This document shows, one piece after another, positions 60,447 to 64,000 of a DNA stretch of 64,000 nucleotides. The DNA lies in the NCBI GenBank assembly GCA_013265495.1, contig MU058451.1:2289305-2353304 (forward strand). Direction: 5' to 3'. The notes beneath the pieces are model-generated. The model was not told where the DNA came from and did no database searches. It saw only the letters and a list, made by a program, of their open reading frames with translations. The stretch is from Vicugna vicugna (taxonomy: Eukaryota). Position 1 is the stretch's first letter. The number at the start of each line of letters is the position of its first letter. A program made the translations under genes and the position numbers.

Positions 60447-63349
60447 CTTCCATGCCAAGTCCCTGGCTTGGCATTAAGAATTCTCACAACCTGGCTGGCC
60501 CTTCTCTGTAGTCTAATGATCAGATCTCGACATCACCCCCAACTCCAGCCATTCATATCGATGGTCTATTGTAACGGGAACGTGCCATGCTCATTCTTGG
60601 TTCTACTTCTTTGTTCATTGAATTCCCTCCCCAAGCACATCTTCCCTACTCCAACGCCCTCTCATTTCAATACTACTTATATCTCAGTATCCTCCTCCCC
60701 CATAATCACTCCCTGCGCTCTGCTCCTCTGAAGATGATAGTCAGCCTCATCTGGCTCTTATGCACTTATTTTTCTTACTTTCTCCTTTTACTCCCTGAAC
60801 CTTGTCCTCCCAACCAGTAAATACCGGGCTCTGAGAGCATGTCTTAATGTCAGCGCAATCCCTACGATGCCTTGCAGGGTGCGTGGGTGATAACCAACGG
60901 ATGAGCTCTCTCTCCCCTGTCTCTAGTGAGGGTGTTAGAGTGTCTCCACTTTATAGATGAGTAACATACACAAAGTGGGTTAAAATTCACTCAGATAAAG
61001 TGTAGAAAGCTGGAATTATTCATTGAGTACCTCTATACATGAATTCAATAAATAATGAAGGCACGCTTTGTGCCAGGCACTGGTCAACTCTAAGCAGTTC
61101 GAGAGGCAGCAGGTAGGGTGGGGCCAGCTATTTGGGTGTCTCCTACAGCCCCAGGGATGTTCTGTGGCTGGGCCCACAGAGGCGGGCTGCCTACCCTTTA
61201 GTGCTGCCCTTGGGCTCATGGGAACATCCTTCAACTCCCAGGTGAAGCCATCATAGACACGTCTGCTCTGGGATCTTGGTACCCAGCTCCTCCAGGGCTC
61301 AGCCCGAGGCCAGATCTCTGCTCTTGTCTCTCTCAGGTTCCTCAAACATACCGAGAGTTTGTGCTGTTGGCTGTCTACCTGGGACATGGTTTTTCGGGAT
61401 GCTGGGGGAGGGAGAGGGGATTCACCCTCCCCACCTTTTATTCCTCCACTTTTTCTCCACTAACTCAGGAAATCTAATTCATGAGGAATTGGTCCAAATC
61501 AATGCCTTCTGCCCCAATTTCCCTCAAAAATCCCCAAATCCCATCCTGCTAATGGTACATTCCCTGAGGCAATGAATGCCTCTTCATGGCTGCCTGTCTG
61601 GAGTGGAGCAATGGTTCTGGGGTAGAAGGAAATACTGGGGAACAAACAGGTTAATCTTTTAAAATTCCGTAACAGCTCACACTCCTCCTTTTAACAGAAA
61701 TTGACGGGGCATCCCTTCCACGTGACAGGTGCTGGACCAACTGTGTATACGGAAAACGGTGACAGCCCCTGCCCTGGGGGCTCACAACACACTGCAGCTT
61801 CCAGTCTAGAGGGAAGGAATTACAGATCCTCCTGCACTAAGGAAACTCTTAGTCAGCTCTTCTGAAAACTGCTGTCCCAAAGGGAAATGACTTCTTAGAC
61901 ACAGAGTGAAAAGAACCATTAGACTTTTTCTTATAAATACAGATAAAAAGAGCAGACAGCTCCTGGTGGGAACAAAAGCACTGTGTGGCCACACACACAC
62001 ACACTTGTTAAATAGACTATTATTATTTCTTTGCACAGTGACCTTCCTCTTCCTAAAATCTCCTCCATTAGAGTCCAATCCGCTTCAAGCTTTGGAAAGG
62101 AATGTGCCCTTTTTCTTCCCTTAGGTCGTTTCTAGAAGTAAAGGGATGGAGGACAGGGTTCTTGGTGGCCCCTCTCAAGCAGGTGTTTCGGCTCTTGGTT
62201 TCCAGTCCTGTGGCGACTGGTTGTCAACTCTGAGGGGAGAAGAAGTTGGGACCAAGAATGAAGAGTGAGAGCCAACCCCCAAGCCATGGGGTCAGGCCAG
62301 GAAGCCGCTCCTGCAGCGAATGGAAATGGTGCCTAATTCCCTCCTGAGACAGAGCTGAGGAGAGCACTGCCCAGAAGGGTCCTGGCGGGGAGGCGGAGGA
62401 GGCCGGCGGGGGCGTTCTGAGGAGAGCGGGAGGGAGCATTGTGAAACTCCCCGAGGACCCGGGACAGACAAGCGGGCTTGCTCCTCCAACATCACAGAAT
62501 TGCACCCGGAATATACTGATTTTTTATTCCGATTTATTTATGATCACAAAGGAAAGGCATGTTGATTTCTGGTTCTCTAATGAAGTGTTTTTGATGATGG
62601 GATTTTTTTAAAAGCTAATATGTATTTATTAAGCTATTCCTAGGAAAAGAAGTTTTTTTGTTTTTTGTGGGTTTTCTTTTTTCATACTTCTTTGAAAAAG
62701 ATTGCATTTTTCTCAAGAAGTTCTTACAGAACCCAGCCACAGAGGAAGACAAAGGCATTTTTACATTCGTCTTTTTTACATTCATCAGTGCTGGTTGAAT
62801 ACATGTGAGGCTAAGGGTATTGCTAGGTACTGAGGATGAAGGCAGGTAAGACAGAGCCTGGGTCCTCAAGGAACTTGCAGCCCACAGAGGGAGGGAGATA
62901 AATGCTCAGATGGAGAGTGAGGAGGAAAAGAAAGAAGCATGTGAGGAAGGAGGAAGAGATGGCTAAATTCCTGGAATAGCTCACATAATCTGACCCGCTC
63001 AGACTCTCCATTTTGTTCTGAGTTAAAGCCAAGCCCCTACTCCCTCCGCCCTGGCCCCTTCCTCTCCAGCTGCATCTCCTCGTCTCTCACCGCTCCGGCC
63101 TTCCCCCCTCCACACCAGCCACACTGCCCGCACCAGACACACCTGCCCAGGTGCTTTCAACCTGCTGTTCTCTCTGCCCTCAACGCTCCCCCTGGAGGTA
63201 TGCCCAGGATGCCTTCTTCCTTCAGGCCTTTACTCAGCTGTCATCTTCACTGTGAAGCTCTCCTTCCACCCTCCACACACTCCATCATTCTTCCCGGCAT
63301 CACAAAACTCCCAAAGCAAATGGTGAACCCTCAAGGGTCCATAGGCTCC

Positions 63350-63510
63350 ACCTTGAGGACTGCTGCATTCAGGTTCCAGGGGAGACTTGTTAACATCCAG
63401 CTGGTCCCCCAGAGATGCTGTTTTAGTGGCTCTAGAGAAGAGCCTGGGACTCTGCATTTTAAAAAGCAGCTCAAATGATGCTGATGTTGTGGTCCAGGAG
63501 CTCCCTTTGC
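63350..63510. mobile_element. MER5A-like MITE
   Basis: gagcctgggactctgcattttaaaaagc..tgatgctgatgttgtggtccaggag. Confidence 0.65.
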
Positions 63511-64000
63511 AAAAATAAGGACAATGGGAAGCCATTGAAAGGTTCCAAACTGGTGTTGCCAAAAAAAAAAAAAAAAGAGTGGCCTCTGTCCCCCGATAGC
63601 CGAATTGAGAGTTGGAGGCATAGTTTGGGGAGTATAGAAAGCTGCATCGCTTTGCCAGCAAAGGACGTCATAGCAGGCTTACGCCGTAAAGACCGGGAGC
63701 CCCTCTTGAGGTTTGGGTCTTGAAATTTTACAGAAAAGGTGGTAACGATCAGGGCATTCTACAGGTGTTAACATTCCTGTCACCTCAGTGAAGCTGCAGG
63801 AGGAGCTCCCGGAGGGCCTGCCCGTTCTTCTGAGACTATCAACCTGTTATCTCCTCCCTGGAGCATAGCCTCTGGGTTGAAGTTATTCTCACTAAAGAGT
63901 GAGTCCGCAGACAGTTCTCACATCAGGGAAGTCCGTTTGCTACTTTGCTTTATGCTCCTTCACTGGGAGAGTGACAAGATACATCAGGCCCAAAGGGAGC

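Noticed and set aside
1..64000. CRISPR arrays, operons, prophage or other prokaryotic-type systems; snoRNA or miRNA genes
   Set aside because: The sequence is uniformly mammalian (spliceosomal introns, LINE/SINE/LTR content). I saw no repeat-spacer array, dense ORF block or recognisable small-RNA gene; a covariance-model search could still find something I missed.

Overview
This is mammalian genomic DNA, most likely from a camelid (inferred from seven copies of a tRNA-Ala(AGC)-derived SINE resembling camelid Vic-1). The window opens inside the large second intron of RDH10 (retinol dehydrogenase 10, SDR16C family, + strand). It contains the last four coding exons (16398-16496, 17631-17776, 19505-19636, 19740-19863; 166 aa, including the catalytic Ser and YCASK motif) and a ~1.25 kb 3' UTR with polyadenylation signals. 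The remaining ~43 kb is repeat-rich intergenic DNA (L1, L2, MIR, MLT1/MER21/ERV1 LTRs, hAT and Tigger MITEs, microsatellites) with several enhancer-like motif clusters. I see no other protein-coding gene and no convincing previously undescribed biological system. The best leads are modest: an L1 3' fragment flanked by a ~75-85 bp duplication, a 92-bp segment copied 2.18 kb away, two perfect PBX-MEIS/PREP decamers in RDH10 intron 2, a composite IR3+DR3 nuclear-receptor element in an L2 tail, a possible in-frame alternative acceptor for exon 5, and candidate CTCF sites. Repeat subfamily names and exon numbers come from my recollection of consensus sequences and the human gene, not from database searches; repeat boundaries without target-site duplications (TSDs) are approximate.
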